Source: an uncultured Chloroflexia bacterium
GTDB taxonomy: Bacteria; Chloroflexota; Limnocylindria; Limnocylindrales; CSP1-4
Assembly (NCBI GenBank): GCA_963734995.1
Contig: CAVTJD010000007.1
Location: 339,496 to 403,495, forward strand
Reading direction: 5' to 3'
Length of the DNA: 64,000 nt
Made by a program: the position numbers and the translations under genes. Of this stretch, positions 1-9,472 are shown piece by piece (position 1 is the stretch's first letter; each line of letters opens with the position of its first letter). The notes under the pieces were generated by a model. The model was not told where the DNA came from, did not search any database, and saw only the letters and a program-made list of their open reading frames with translations.

Positions 1-647
1 GCGCGCAGCAGCGCGTCGATCTCGGCCTGGTACGCGCGGCCGATCGGCATTCGATCGAGCCACTCCAGGTACTCGATGTCGGTGCGCGCGATCTCGCCCA
101 GCGACCAGTCGGCATAGCGCCCGAAGTTGATGACCGTGCCCGACGGGTTGCCCGGCGGCGGGCCGGCCGACGCCGACGGACGTGTCGACGGGTCGTAGGC
201 GCTGCCGCTCGTCGAACGTCCCGGCGTCCAATCGGGGGACACGCGCTGGGTTCGGGATCCGGGGTCGTCGGCGAGCGGGTCGCGGGCGCCCGGCGGCCAG
301 GTCGGCGGTCTTCCGGCCGTTGCCTGGGAACCGGAGTCCGCACGGGCAGGTCCGCCATGCGAGGCGGTGGGCGGCTGGGCCGCCGCGCGGGCCTTTGCGT
401 CGCTCGCGGCCACCGTGGCCGCCGTTGCGTCACGTCGGGCGCGCGCTCGATCGATGGCTGCCCGTCGGATCGGATCGCGCAGCACCTCCCAGGCCTGATT
501 GATCCGGACCATCCGCTGCTCCGATTCGGCACCCGGGGCAACGTCGGGGTGGTACTTCCTCGCGAGGCGCCGGTACGCCGCCTCGATGACCTCGTCCTCG
601 GCTTCCGGATCGACCTGGAGGGTCTTGTACGGATCGGGTTGGGTCAT
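1..647 (-). CDS. J-domain (DnaJ-like) protein, truncated by the left window edge
   Basis: Reverse-strand translation from ATG at 645-647 reads MTQPDPYKTLQVDPEAEDEVIEAAYRRLARKYHPDV... with the HPD motif of J domains. The frame stays open to position 1. It is absent from the ORF track because no stop lies in the window. Confidence 0.75.
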   Translation of the reverse strand, partial: MTQPDPYKTLQVDPEAEDEVIEAAYRRLARKYHPDVAPGAESEQRMVRINQAWEVLRDPIRRAAIDRARARRDATAATVAASDAKARAAAQPPTASHGGPARADSGSQATAGRPPTWPPGARDPLADDPGSRTQRVSPDWTPGRSTSGSAYDPSTRPSASAGPPPGNPSGTVINFGRYADWSLGEIARTDIEYLEWLDRMPIGRAYQAEIDALLR

Positions 648-850
648 CGGACGCCCGCCGGGGATACCGTCTCGGCAGGTCTCCGGGCTCGCCGGCCCGG
701 CTCGGGGCGGGAGGTTCGGTATCCCGACCTGCGATCCGGGTGCGCGACGGCGGACAACATCCCCGGCAGACTAACACCGTGCCTGATCAACCTGAACGAC
801 CGCAACGTACCGGGCCGCCGCGCCGGTCCAGGGCCTTCGATGGGCAGCCG

Positions 851-1615
851 TTGAGCCATGACGGTGCGCGTGGCCCCGGCAACGCGCCGGGCGAGGACAC
901 CGACCTGCCTCGCGCACCACGCGACGCCGTCCAGCGGTGGCGGATCGCCTATCGACGGGAGGCCAGCCTGCCCGATGCCGTCGCACGCGAGCCGAAGGCG
1001 GCCTGGGAGCGGGCCCTGCGGAGCTCCGGGCTGCCGATCGCCGGTCTCGATGCCGAGCCGAGCCGTCCGAAGTTCTCGCTCGCCGCCCAGCTGGCAAACG
1101 GCGTCGGCGGCGACCGGGAGCTTGTCGATGTATGGCTGACGGTCAGGCTCCCCCGCTGGCAGGTGCGGGAGGCGCTGGAGACCGTGCTGCCCGCGGGCCA
1201 CGAGCTGGTCGACGTGTACGACGTCTGGCTGCGTGAGCCCTCGCTGCCCGGACAGGTGGTGGCGTCAGTCTTCCGGTGCAGCGTGACGGCGTCGATCGCA
1301 CCGGGAGTCCTCGCGGACGCCATCGGATCCCTGCTCGCCGCGGACCGGCTGCCGCGCGAGCGAACCAAGGGCGAGCGCACCGTCAGCTACGATCTCCGTC
1401 CGTTCGTGGCATCCGTCGCGTCCTCGCCACACGGAGACGGATCGACGGGCATCACCATGGTTCTGCGTCACGACCCGGAGCGCGGGATCGGCCGGCCGGA
1501 GGAGGTCCTGGCCGAGCTGACGGCCCGCACCGGCGTCTCCGCGATCGGGGAGGCCGTCTCATCCCTCGTCCGGGTGCGTGTCGTGCTGGCCGGCGACCAG
1601 GAGGCCGGTCTTTGA
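851..1615 (+). CDS. TIGR03936/DUF2344-like radical-SAM-associated protein (start uncertain)
   Basis: Part of ORF 740..1615. RWRIAYRRE...AWERALRSSGLPIAG...PKFSLAAQLANGVGGDRELVDVWL resembles the N-terminal pattern of DUF2344 proteins. The only in-frame canonical starts are ATG 740 and TTG 851. Confidence 0.55.
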   Translation: MSHDGARGPGNAPGEDTDLPRAPRDAVQRWRIAYRREASLPDAVAREPKAAWERALRSSGLPIAGLDAEPSRPKFSLAAQLANGVGGDRELVDVWLTVRLPRWQVREALETVLPAGHELVDVYDVWLREPSLPGQVVASVFRCSVTASIAPGVLADAIGSLLAADRLPRERTKGERTVSYDLRPFVASVASSPHGDGSTGITMVLRHDPERGIGRPEEVLAELTARTGVSAIGEAVSSLVRVRVVLAGDQEAGL

Positions 1616-1641
1616 CGCCGTCTGCCGATCCACCCTACACT
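1612..1641 (+). promoter_or_regulatory. Candidate sigma-70-type promoter for rplU-rpmA
   Basis: TTGACG (1612-1617), 18-nt spacer, TACACT (1636-1641), about 87 nt upstream of the rplU ATG. Confidence 0.45.
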
Positions 1642-1727
1642 CTCCGTTCGCGCCCGCGAGAGCCGCAGGCGTCTTTCCTTGTCCAAGCAGCGGCACGCAC
1701 GTGGCCGCGACGTTCTTCCGAGGACCC

Positions 1728-2516
1728 ATGTACGCAGTCATCGAGACCGGCGGGAAGCAGTACCGCGTCGAGGTCGGGACCGAGCTCGAGGTCGAGCTGC
1801 TCGAGGCCGAGGCCGGCCAGTCCATCACGCTCGACCGGGTGCTGCTGGTCGCCGACGGGGCCGAGGCCGCCGTCGGAACGCCCCTGGTGAGCGACGCGGC
1901 CGTCGAGGCCGAGGTCGTCGGGCGCGAGCGCGGGGACAAGATCATCGTGTTCAAGTACCGGCCGAAGGCACGCCGTCGAGTCAAGAAGGGCCACCGCCAG
2001 GAGCTGACGGTGCTCCGGATCGCCGACATCCGGTATCAGGGCCGCAGTGCGGCCGAGACGGAGGGCAAGGTCGCCTCGACGAAGGCGGCCGATCGTAAGC
2101 GGCTCGAGGAGGCCGCGGCGCGCCAGGCGGCAGAGGATGCCGAGCTGGCGGCGAGGCTCAAGCTGGGCGCGGAGTCCGAGGAGCCCGCCACCGAGCAGGC
2201 GAAGCCCGCGAAGCGCACCAGGGCAAAGGCTGCGGTCGCAGACTCGGCCGGTGCCGAGGCCGCCGGGGCAGCGGCCAAGCCCGCCAGGTCCGCTCGGAAG
2301 TCGGCGACAGCCGAGGCTGCCGCGCCGGACGAGACGGCCGAGGCGGAGACCGGCAAGGACGCGGCGAAGCCAGCGCCCCGTCGACGGACACGCGCCAAGG
2401 CGGACGACGCCGCGAATGCTGACGCTGCGACGGATTCCGAGCAGCAGACGACGTCCGCGGATGCCGACTCTCCCAAGGCGACGCCAAGGCGCTCGCGCAC
2501 CAAGAAGGACGGGTAG
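1728..2516 (+). CDS. rplU: 50S ribosomal protein L21 with a roughly 160-aa Ala/Glu/Lys-rich C-terminal extension
   Basis: [17 protein letters not shown]...[28 protein letters not shown] is a canonical L21 core. The ATG at 1728 lies inside ORF 1578..2516. The low-complexity tail continues in frame to 2516. Confidence 0.9.
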   Translation: MYAVIETGGKQYRVEVGTELEVELLEAEAGQSITLDRVLLVADGAEAAVGTPLVSDAAVEAEVVGRERGDKIIVFKYRPKARRRVKKGHRQELTVLRIADIRYQGRSAAETEGKVASTKAADRKRLEEAAARQAAEDAELAARLKLGAESEEPATEQAKPAKRTRAKAAVADSAGAEAAGAAAKPARSARKSATAEAAAPDETAEAETGKDAAKPAPRRRTRAKADDAANADAATDSEQQTTSADADSPKATPRRSRTKKDG

Positions 2517-2518
2517 CC

Positions 2519-2800
2519 ATGGCGCACAAGAAAGCCGGCTCGAGCTCGAAGAACGGGCGCGACAGCGTCGGTCAGCGACTCGGCGTCAAGGCCGGCGATG
2601 GCCAGCTGGTGACCGCAGGCTCGATCATCGTTCGGCAGCGGGGCATGACGTTCGCCGCCGGCGAGGGCGCCGGGCTGGGTCACGACTACACCGTGTTCGC
2701 CACGGTTGACGGGAAGGTGCGCTTCGAGCACGCGACCCGATCCAAGAAGCGCGTCCGGGTGATCCCGGCCGTGCCCGAGCCGACCGCCGTCGAGGCGTAG
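2519..2800 (+). CDS. rpmA: 50S ribosomal protein L27
   Basis: [42 protein letters not shown] is the conserved L27 N-terminus. The gene starts 3 nt after the rplU stop. Confidence 0.97.
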   Translation: MAHKKAGSSSKNGRDSVGQRLGVKAGDGQLVTAGSIIVRQRGMTFAAGEGAGLGHDYTVFATVDGKVRFEHATRSKKRVRVIPAVPEPTAVEA

Positions 2801-2867
2801 GCGCGGCATTCGCAGCGACGGCCACCGGCGGGCAGGGACCCGAGCGGACGGCGTCGAAGGAGCACTC

Positions 2868-3080
2868 GTGAAGAGCGATATCCATCCCAAGTATCACCAG
2901 GCGCGCGTTCATTGTGGCTCGTGCGGCACCGAGTTCGAGGTCGGTTCCACGCGCGAGGAGCTGCGCGTGGACGTGTGCAGCAACTGCCACCCCTTCTTCA
3001 CGGGCAAGCAGAACATCATCGACACCGCGGGCCAGGTCGAGCGCTTCCAGCGCCGGCTCGAGCGCCAGATCAGGGCCTGA
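2868..3080 (+). CDS. rpmE: 50S ribosomal protein L31, Zn-ribbon (type A) form
   Basis: MKSDIHPKYHQARVHCGSCGTEFEVGST...VCSNCHPFFTGKQ, with both CxxC pairs present. Confidence 0.95.
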   Translation: MKSDIHPKYHQARVHCGSCGTEFEVGSTREELRVDVCSNCHPFFTGKQNIIDTAGQVERFQRRLERQIRA

Positions 3081-3083
3081 CCG

Positions 3084-3779
3084 ATGGCCGCACGCCGCGG
3101 CTCGCGCGAACCGAACGGCGCCCAACCGGGCGCCGTTCATGATTCCCGGCACCCGGTCACCGGGACGTCCACCGACTGGGTGGCGTGGCATCGGGCGTAC
3201 GACTCGCCGGACAGCTCGTTGAGTCGGCGCGTCGCGATCGTTCGCCAACGCCTGGCGGAGGTGCTCGCCACGACCACGACGGCCTCCACCGTTCTGAGCC
3301 TGTGTGCCGGCGATGGACGCGATGTGCTCGGCGTGGATCTCGGCGCTCGGTCGGTTCATGCAGTGCTCGTCGAGCTCGACGCAGAGCTCGCGCGGCGCGC
3401 GGAGGCGCGGGCCGCAGCCTCGCCCTGGGTGGAGGTGCGGTGCGGGGATGCGGCCGACGTCGCCACCTTCATCGACGTGCTTCCGGTCGAGGTGCTGATG
3501 ATGTGCGGGATATTCGGCAACGTCGACCCGCGAGCGGTCGGTGGGATCATCGATCGAGCCGCGGGGCTGCTGCGGCCGGGTGGCACGCTGATCTGGACAC
3601 GTGGAGGCGGGAAGCCGGACCGGCGTCCGGAGGTACGGTCAGCGTTCATCGAGCATGGCTTCGACGAGCTCGCATTCGACGGCGCTCCCGAGCCGTTCGG
3701 GGTCGGGGTCAGCCGGCTCGTACGTCCCGCTCGATCCGGACCGGAGCCGGGTGAACCCCTGTTTGCGTTCATCCGCTAG
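3084..3779 (+). CDS. Class I SAM-dependent methyltransferase
   Basis: VLSLCAGDGRDVLG (motif I-like) and LLRPGGTLIWTR (post-motif). 231-aa ORF starting 4 nt after rpmE. Confidence 0.7.
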   Translation: MAARRGSREPNGAQPGAVHDSRHPVTGTSTDWVAWHRAYDSPDSSLSRRVAIVRQRLAEVLATTTTASTVLSLCAGDGRDVLGVDLGARSVHAVLVELDAELARRAEARAAASPWVEVRCGDAADVATFIDVLPVEVLMMCGIFGNVDPRAVGGIIDRAAGLLRPGGTLIWTRGGGKPDRRPEVRSAFIEHGFDELAFDGAPEPFGVGVSRLVRPARSGPEPGEPLFAFIR

Positions 3780-3839
3780 ACGGACCGGCTGGAGCACCGC
3801 TCCATCTCGCAAACCGCCGGCCAGGCTTCCCCGTGGGCG

Positions 3840-4613
3840 CTAGAGCTCGCGCTGGCGAAACGCGCCCAATGCGCCGGCCGCGCAGGCCACGATGATCACG
3901 ATCGTGCCGCCGATGGACGTCGCGAGCGCGCCCGCGTCGAGGCCCGCGGTGGTATCGGCCGCGATCAGGATCGACGGCGCGCCGAGCCCGGTCGGGAGCA
4001 GATGGTCCAGGGCGGGGACGATGGCCAGGAGGCTCACGCCGATGAGCGCCACGAAGCCGATGCCGGCCGCGGCCATGGTGGAGCCCGTCGCCGCCGAGGC
4101 GACGAACGTGAGCGCGGCCCAGGCGAGCAGCGCCAGCCAGGCGAGGACCGCGAACACGATCCAGCCGATGATCGGCAGCGGCTCGAACAGCACCGCGGTA
4201 TATGCCCAGGCCACCGCGACCGCGAGCGCGGTGCACGTGCCCAGCACGATGGCGATCCCGGTCAGCTTCGCCACCAGGAAGGCGGCCCGCGTCGCCGGTT
4301 GTGCCAGGACCAGCGCGGCGGTGCCGCGGTCGAGCTCGCCCGAGACCGAGCCCATCGCCAGCGCGATCGCCGCCAGCGCTCCCAGCTGACCCAGGTTCTT
4401 CAGGAGCTGCTCCAGCGCCGTCGCTGCCGTGGGGATCGGCATCGGGACGGTGATCTGGTCCCCGATGGCCGCGGTGAGGATCTCGTTGAGGTAGCGCGCA
4501 GTGAGCGGCGAGATGATCCCGACGGTCACGAACAACAGCGCCAGGATCGGCAGCCGCCGCGTCCGCCATGACTCGAGCAGCTCCTTGCGCAGCAGCACAG
4601 CGAAGCCGTTCAT
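3840..4613 (-). CDS. ABC-2 type transporter permease
   Basis: MNGFAVLLRKELLESWRTRRLPILALLF... followed by about six hydrophobic segments. Its ATG overlaps the stop of the upstream ATPase (ATGA at 4610-4613). Confidence 0.7.
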   Translation of the reverse strand: MNGFAVLLRKELLESWRTRRLPILALLFVTVGIISPLTARYLNEILTAAIGDQITVPMPIPTAATALEQLLKNLGQLGALAAIALAMGSVSGELDRGTAALVLAQPATRAAFLVAKLTGIAIVLGTCTALAVAVAWAYTAVLFEPLPIIGWIVFAVLAWLALLAWAALTFVASAATGSTMAAAGIGFVALIGVSLLAIVPALDHLLPTGLGAPSILIAADTTAGLDAGALATSIGGTIVIIVACAAGALGAFRQREL

Positions 4614-5926
4614 GCCGCTGCCTCCCGGTCGTTGCCCGTGAGCCGGAGGAACACGTCCTCGAGGGTGGGCCGCGCCCGGGCAACGGACACGATCGCGACG
4701 CCTTCGGCCGTGATCGCCGTCAGGAGGTCGCGCGCTGCCCGCGCCGGATCCGATACGGCGATCGTCAGCAGCCCGTGGTCCAGCGAGGCCCCGGTCACCC
4801 ACTCCTCGGCCCGCAGCCGCTGCGCGAGACGCTCGAGCTCGTCGGCCTGGCCGGGCTCCGCCTCGACGCGATACACCGGCAGCGCGTACCGGTCGAGCAG
4901 CTCGGCCAGCGGCCCCTCGACCACGAGCTGTCCGTGATCGAGGATCCCGACCCGGTCGCAGATCCGCTCCACGTCGGCGAGCACGTGGGTCGAGAACAGG
5001 ACGGTGGTCTCTCCACGCAGCGCGGCGATCAGGTTGAGGACATCGCGCCGTCCCTCCGGGTCGAGCGCGCTGACCGGCTCATCGAGCACGACGATGGTTG
5101 GGCGGTGGACGAGCGCGCCCGCGATCCCGAGCCGTTGCCGCATGCCGCCCGAGTACGTGCCGGCCCGGCGATCGGCCGCGCCGGCCAGGTCGACGCGGGA
5201 CAGGGCCAGCGAGACGGCCTGCTCGAGCTCGGGTCCGGCGAGCCCATGCAGCCGTCCGAGCATGCGCACCTGCTCCCGTCCGGTCAGCCAGCCATAGCCC
5301 CGGGGATCCTGCTCCAGGTAGCCGAGCCGCCGGCGTACGCTCAGCGGGTCAACGGTCACCCCGACACCGTCGACGAGCACCCGGCCCGAGGTGGGGCGGG
5401 TCAGCCCGGCGATCAGGCGCAGGGTCGTGGTCTTGCCCGCCCCGTTGGGGCCGAGCAACCCGAACACGGATCCTTCGGGCACCACCATCGCGAGGGCATC
5501 GAGCGCGAGCAGTCCTCCGCGATACCGCTTTGTCAGACCCTCGATGGCGATCGCCGCGGGTGCGTCGTCCGCGATCGGCTGCTTCGCGGCGGCAGGCGGT
5601 GCGACGAGCCACTCGCCGCCCGCGGGCGTCTCGTTCGCGGCCGGCACGACGATCGGCGGATCGTGCGGGCTCCCCCAGCCGGGCATCGCGCCCGGTCCCG
5701 GCGCCTGCGGCTCGACCGGCCCCTCCTCGCGACCCACCAGGAAGTACAGGATCGGGCCGATCAGGTTGACGAACACGATGATGACGGCCCACACGCCCTT
5801 GTTGCCGCCCCGCACGCGGCGATCCTCGCGCAGCAGGTCGACCACGGCCAGGATCAGCATGGCCAGCTCAACCACCACGAGCGGGACGATGAGCACCAGG
5901 AGCGCCGGGTCGATCCCAAGGTTCAT
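4610..5926 (-). CDS. ABC transporter ATP-binding protein with an N-terminal two-helix membrane domain (PLD-nuclease-N-terminal-like)
   Basis: Walker A GPNGAGKTT, signature YSGGMRQR, Walker B VVLDEP. The N-terminus reads MNLGIDPALLVLIVPLVVVELAML...GVWAVIIVFVNLIGPILYFLVGR. Start taken at ATG 5926 inside ORF 4610..6124. Confidence 0.88.
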   Translation of the reverse strand: MNLGIDPALLVLIVPLVVVELAMLILAVVDLLREDRRVRGGNKGVWAVIIVFVNLIGPILYFLVGREEGPVEPQAPGPGAMPGWGSPHDPPIVVPAANETPAGGEWLVAPPAAAKQPIADDAPAAIAIEGLTKRYRGGLLALDALAMVVPEGSVFGLLGPNGAGKTTTLRLIAGLTRPTSGRVLVDGVGVTVDPLSVRRRLGYLEQDPRGYGWLTGREQVRMLGRLHGLAGPELEQAVSLALSRVDLAGAADRRAGTYSGGMRQRLGIAGALVHRPTIVVLDEPVSALDPEGRRDVLNLIAALRGETTVLFSTHVLADVERICDRVGILDHGQLVVEGPLAELLDRYALPVYRVEAEPGQADELERLAQRLRAEEWVTGASLDHGLLTIAVSDPARAARDLLTAITAEGVAIVSVARARPTLEDVFLRLTGNDREAAA

Positions 5927-6213
5927 GATCCGTCTCCAGATGGCCTGATCGAACGGCGGCCCGCCGTCGGTGGGCAGCGACCACGGCCGGCCAGCATCAT
6001 GCGTGGCGCGGTCGTCGGTGTCAGGGCCAGAGGGCCCATGAATGCGACGCCTGTAGCCACCCGGGCCGACACCCCATCGACGCCGCCCGGACCCGGGGTT
6101 CCCCTGTGCCAACCTAGCACGCAAGTGGGTGACGGAGGGAACCTCGCTGGTAGACTCGGACCGCCTTGCCGGCGTGTCGTCGGTGGGGCCCCACGTCGCC
6201 CCGGAGGAGAGCC

Positions 6214-7035
6214 ATGATCGACGATCGCGAGCGCTGGGCGCTGATCCTCGGCGCGTCGTCGGGCATGGGTGAGGCGACGGCGCTGTCGCTCGCCGCCGAG
6301 GGGTACCGGATCTGCGGTGTCCACCTCGATTTCCGTGCGGGGCGGACGCACGTGGACGAGGTCAAAGCGGGGATCGAGGCGCTCGGCTCGGAAGCGCTCT
6401 ACCTCAACATGAATGCCGCCGACGATGAGAAGCGGGCGGCCGCGATCAAGACCCTTGGGGACCGCTTCGAGCAATCCCGCGCCAGCGGCCACCACCCGTA
6501 CGTTCGCGTCGTGATGCACTCGCTCGCGTTCGGTTCGCTGGTGCCGTTCCTGGCCGAGGACCCCAAGGCGGGCGTCGACCGCAAGAAGATGGAGATGACC
6601 CAGGACGTGATGGCGAACAGCCTCGTCTACTGGGTGCAGGACCTGTGGCGTGGCGGGTATCTCGAGCAGGGCTCGAAGGTGTTTGCGATGACATCGGAGG
6701 GGTCCAGCCGGGTAGTACCGAGCTATGGCGTCGTGTCCTCGGCCAAGGCGGCGCTCGAGTCGCACGTGCGCCAGCTGGCGATGGAGCTCGCCCGGCTGGG
6801 AACGGGCGTGACCGTCAACGCGATCCGGGCGGGGGTCACGGTGACGCCGGCGCTGCTCAAGATCCCCGAGAAGGACGCGATCATCGAGGCGGCGACACGA
6901 CGTAACCCCACCGGCCGGATGACGACGCCGCAGGACGTGGCGAACGCCATCCGCGCACTGTCCGGTGATGGGACGGCATTCATCAACGGCGAGATCATCG
7001 GCGTCGACGGCGGCGAGTTCGTCACCGGCTCATGA
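6214..7035 (+). CDS. SDR-family oxidoreductase (enoyl-reductase-like Y-x6-K spacing)
   Basis: LILGASSGMGEA nucleotide-binding motif and SYGVVSSAKAAL. GGAGGAGA lies 5 nt upstream of ATG 6214. Confidence 0.8.
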   Translation: MIDDRERWALILGASSGMGEATALSLAAEGYRICGVHLDFRAGRTHVDEVKAGIEALGSEALYLNMNAADDEKRAAAIKTLGDRFEQSRASGHHPYVRVVMHSLAFGSLVPFLAEDPKAGVDRKKMEMTQDVMANSLVYWVQDLWRGGYLEQGSKVFAMTSEGSSRVVPSYGVVSSAKAALESHVRQLAMELARLGTGVTVNAIRAGVTVTPALLKIPEKDAIIEAATRRNPTGRMTTPQDVANAIRALSGDGTAFINGEIIGVDGGEFVTGS

Positions 7036-8138
7036 CGACCGAGACAGAGGGGTACGTTCCCGTGAGCGGTCGGGTCCTGGTTGTGGGATCGGTCAACGTC
7101 GACCTGGTCGTCCAGGGGGAGCGGCTGCCGCTCCCCGGCGAGACGGTGATGGGTGGGACGTTCACCCGGTTCCACGGCGGCAAGGGTGGCAACCAGGCGG
7201 TCGCGGCTGCCCGGCTGGACGTGCCGGTCATGCTCGTCGCCGCTCTCGGTGACGATGCGTTCGGGGCGGAGGCGCGTGCCGCGCTGGCTCGGGAGGGTGT
7301 CGGCACCGACGTGCTGGTCACGCTCGATCACACGGCCACCGGCGTCGCGCTGATCCTGGTCGATGCGAAGGCCGAGAATCAGATCGCCGTCGCCCCCGGG
7401 GCGAACGCGGGCCTGACGGCCGCGCACGTCCGTCAGGCATTCGGCCGGCTGAACCCCCACCGCGGCGACGTGGTCATCGTGACCCACGAGATCCCGACCG
7501 CAGCGGCACGGGAAGCGCTCCGGATCGGGCACGAGGGTGGCGCCTGGACGATCCTGAACCCGGCCCCCGCCGATGGCCTCGATCGTTCCGTGCTGTCGCT
7601 GGCCGACGTGCTCACACCGAACCGGGGCGAGCTGGCCCGGCTCGTGGCCGATGACGCCCGTCGCTCGGGCCGCGCTGCCAACGGCGCCGAGGACCCGATT
7701 CGCACGGCGCGGACGCTGTTCGAGACGACCAGCGAAGGACCCGGCGCCGGCGAGGCCATCTTCGTGTCGCTCGGAGCGAGCGGCGCGGTTCTGGTTCCGA
7801 AGTCGGGCCGCGCCGTGGACATCAAGGCACCGCGGGTCAAGGCCGTCGATGCCACGGGCGCGGGCGATGCGCTCAACGGGGCGCTGGCCGCCGCGCTGGC
7901 CGGAGGATTGAGCCTCGCGGCGGCAGCCAGGCGGGCGGTCGTCGCGGCGAGCATCTCGGTCACCCGGGCGGGGGCGCGTGAAGGCATGCCCACCCTGGCG
8001 GAGCTTCAGGCGGCGCTCGGTGAGCCGATGCCGGGGGAGCGGCCGGAGACCGTGGCCGAGCCGGCGACCGAGGCCCCGCCCGAGTCGGCGCAGCCTGCGG
8101 CGCCCACGGACCCGGCAGCGGGCCCGCACACGGAGTAG
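7032..8138 (+). CDS. rbsK: Ribokinase with a Pro/Ala-rich C-terminal tail
   Basis: GSVNVDLV, GGKGGNQAVAAA and DATGAGDALNGALA motifs of the PfkB/ribokinase family. The ATG overlaps the SDR stop. Confidence 0.85.
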   Translation: MTTETEGYVPVSGRVLVVGSVNVDLVVQGERLPLPGETVMGGTFTRFHGGKGGNQAVAAARLDVPVMLVAALGDDAFGAEARAALAREGVGTDVLVTLDHTATGVALILVDAKAENQIAVAPGANAGLTAAHVRQAFGRLNPHRGDVVIVTHEIPTAAAREALRIGHEGGAWTILNPAPADGLDRSVLSLADVLTPNRGELARLVADDARRSGRAANGAEDPIRTARTLFETTSEGPGAGEAIFVSLGASGAVLVPKSGRAVDIKAPRVKAVDATGAGDALNGALAAALAGGLSLAAAARRAVVAASISVTRAGAREGMPTLAELQAALGEPMPGERPETVAEPATEAPPESAQPAAPTDPAAGPHTE

Positions 8139-8192
8139 CGAACCGGCCCGAGAGGCCGGCCAGGTCGTCTCATCGTCGGCACCCGCTAGCCT

Positions 8193-8270
8193 GCGTCGCG
8201 CTTGATGCAGCGCCCCCCGCGACGCGCTTGGTACCGAGGTCCCCGCGACGCGTTTGATGCGTCGGCCCCC
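8193..8270. repeat. Three imperfect 26-bp direct repeats with internal hairpin potential in a convergent spacer
   Basis: CCCCGCGACGCGCTTG (8215-8230) and CCCCGCGACGCGTTTG (8241-8256). CGCG(C/T)TTGATGC occurs at 8197-8208 and 8249-8260. GCGTCGCG (8193-8200) is complementary to CGCGACGC (8218-8225). Confidence 0.5.
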
Positions 8271-8290
8271 GCCCGGCGTGTGCCGGATCG

Positions 8291-9472
8291 CTAGCCCAGG
8301 CGCTCCTCGGCGACCCACACGCTCCGCAGGCGAGCCTCCGGCGTCATCCCCAGATGCCCGGCGTCATCGACCCACCATGCCGCCATGCCGCGCGAGCGAG
8401 CCTCATCGCCGATCGAGCCGCGACCAGCCAGGAACAGCGCCTTGCTCCAGACCTCCGCCCAGGCAGGATCGGATCCTGCCACGGTGACTGCGATCAGCCC
8501 GGTCCTGGCCGGCTCGCCCGTGCGCGGATCGAGCAGGTGATGGACACGCCGGCCATCAGGCGCCGTCCAGTTCCGGACAGCGATCGACGAGGTCGCGACC
8601 GCGCCCGCCTGGATCCCGACCACCGCGATCGGCGGCGTGTCCGGCTCGCTGCCGCCCACGGGGTCTTCGATCCCCACTCGCCAGTCACCTGCCGGATGAT
8701 GACCGGCTGCGACCACGTCACCACCGGCCTCTAGCAGCAGCGCGCCGCCCGGGACGATCGCCGCCGCCCGTCTCGCGGCCCAGCGCAGCGCGAGGCCCTT
8801 GCCGATGCCGCCCGAGTCGAGCGGTCTGGCGGGAACCATCACCCTCGCCGGCCGCTCGAGCGCGCGCGGTTCGAGCCAGGGACGCAGGCCGTCATTCGCC
8901 GCTGCCCGGGCGGCGGAGGCCGGAGCATCGGCGGTTGCGCTGCCGCCCAGGTCCGCACCGTGCTCACCGATCCGTTCGAGAGCCTCGAGCACCGAGGCGT
9001 CGAACCGGCCCTCGGTGATCCGCCCGGCCCGGTGCATCGCCGCGAGCGCAGTCCGCAGGCGCCACGACACCGCGACGATGGTGTCGGTTCCGGCGAGTCG
9101 ATTCAGCCTGGTCAGCTCGCTGTCATGGCGGAAGCGAGACAGCGAGCGGTCGACCGCCGCAAACTCGTCGCGTACGGCCTCCCAGGCCAGCACGGCGGCG
9201 CGCGCGCCGGACGCCGGCCCGCCGATCGCGCGAGGTCCGACACCCCCGCGCGGGTCGGGTGACGTCGTCCCGGGCGTACCCGGCGTGACGAACAGCCTGA
9301 GTGCCGAGCCGAGGGCGCGACCCCCGAACGTGAAGGTGCCGTCCGGGTCGAGCGCGGCCGTCGGTCGTCCGGCGTGGCGAGCGCGAACGTCGTCGGCGGG
9401 CGGCGCGGCGCGTTCGACCGGGCTGGCCCGGCCGGCTCCCCTGGCCGTCGCCAGCTCCAGCCGGGTGGTCAA
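8291..9472 (-). CDS. apbE: FAD:protein FMN transferase (ApbE family)
   Basis: 393-aa ORF with ...PLDSGGIGKGLALRWAARRA...LLLEAGGDVVAAG...VATSSIAVRNW...HHLLDPRTGEPA, typical of ApbE. It overlaps the upstream gene by 4 nt. Confidence 0.85.
   Translation of the reverse strand: MTTRLELATARGAGRASPVERAAPPADDVRARHAGRPTAALDPDGTFTFGGRALGSALRLFVTPGTPGTTSPDPRGGVGPRAIGGPASGARAAVLAWEAVRDEFAAVDRSLSRFRHDSELTRLNRLAGTDTIVAVSWRLRTALAAMHRAGRITEGRFDASVLEALERIGEHGADLGGSATADAPASAARAAANDGLRPWLEPRALERPARVMVPARPLDSGGIGKGLALRWAARRAAAIVPGGALLLEAGGDVVAAGHHPAGDWRVGIEDPVGGSEPDTPPIAVVGIQAGAVATSSIAVRNWTAPDGRRVHHLLDPRTGEPARTGLIAVTVAGSDPAWAEVWSKALFLAGRGSIGDEARSRGMAAWWVDDAGHLGMTPEARLRSVWVAEERLG

Noticed and set aside
4568-6217. 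549-aa plus-strand ORF across the ABC ATPase locus.
   Set aside because: Antisense shadow ORF with no motifs. The minus strand has Walker A/B and the ABC signature.
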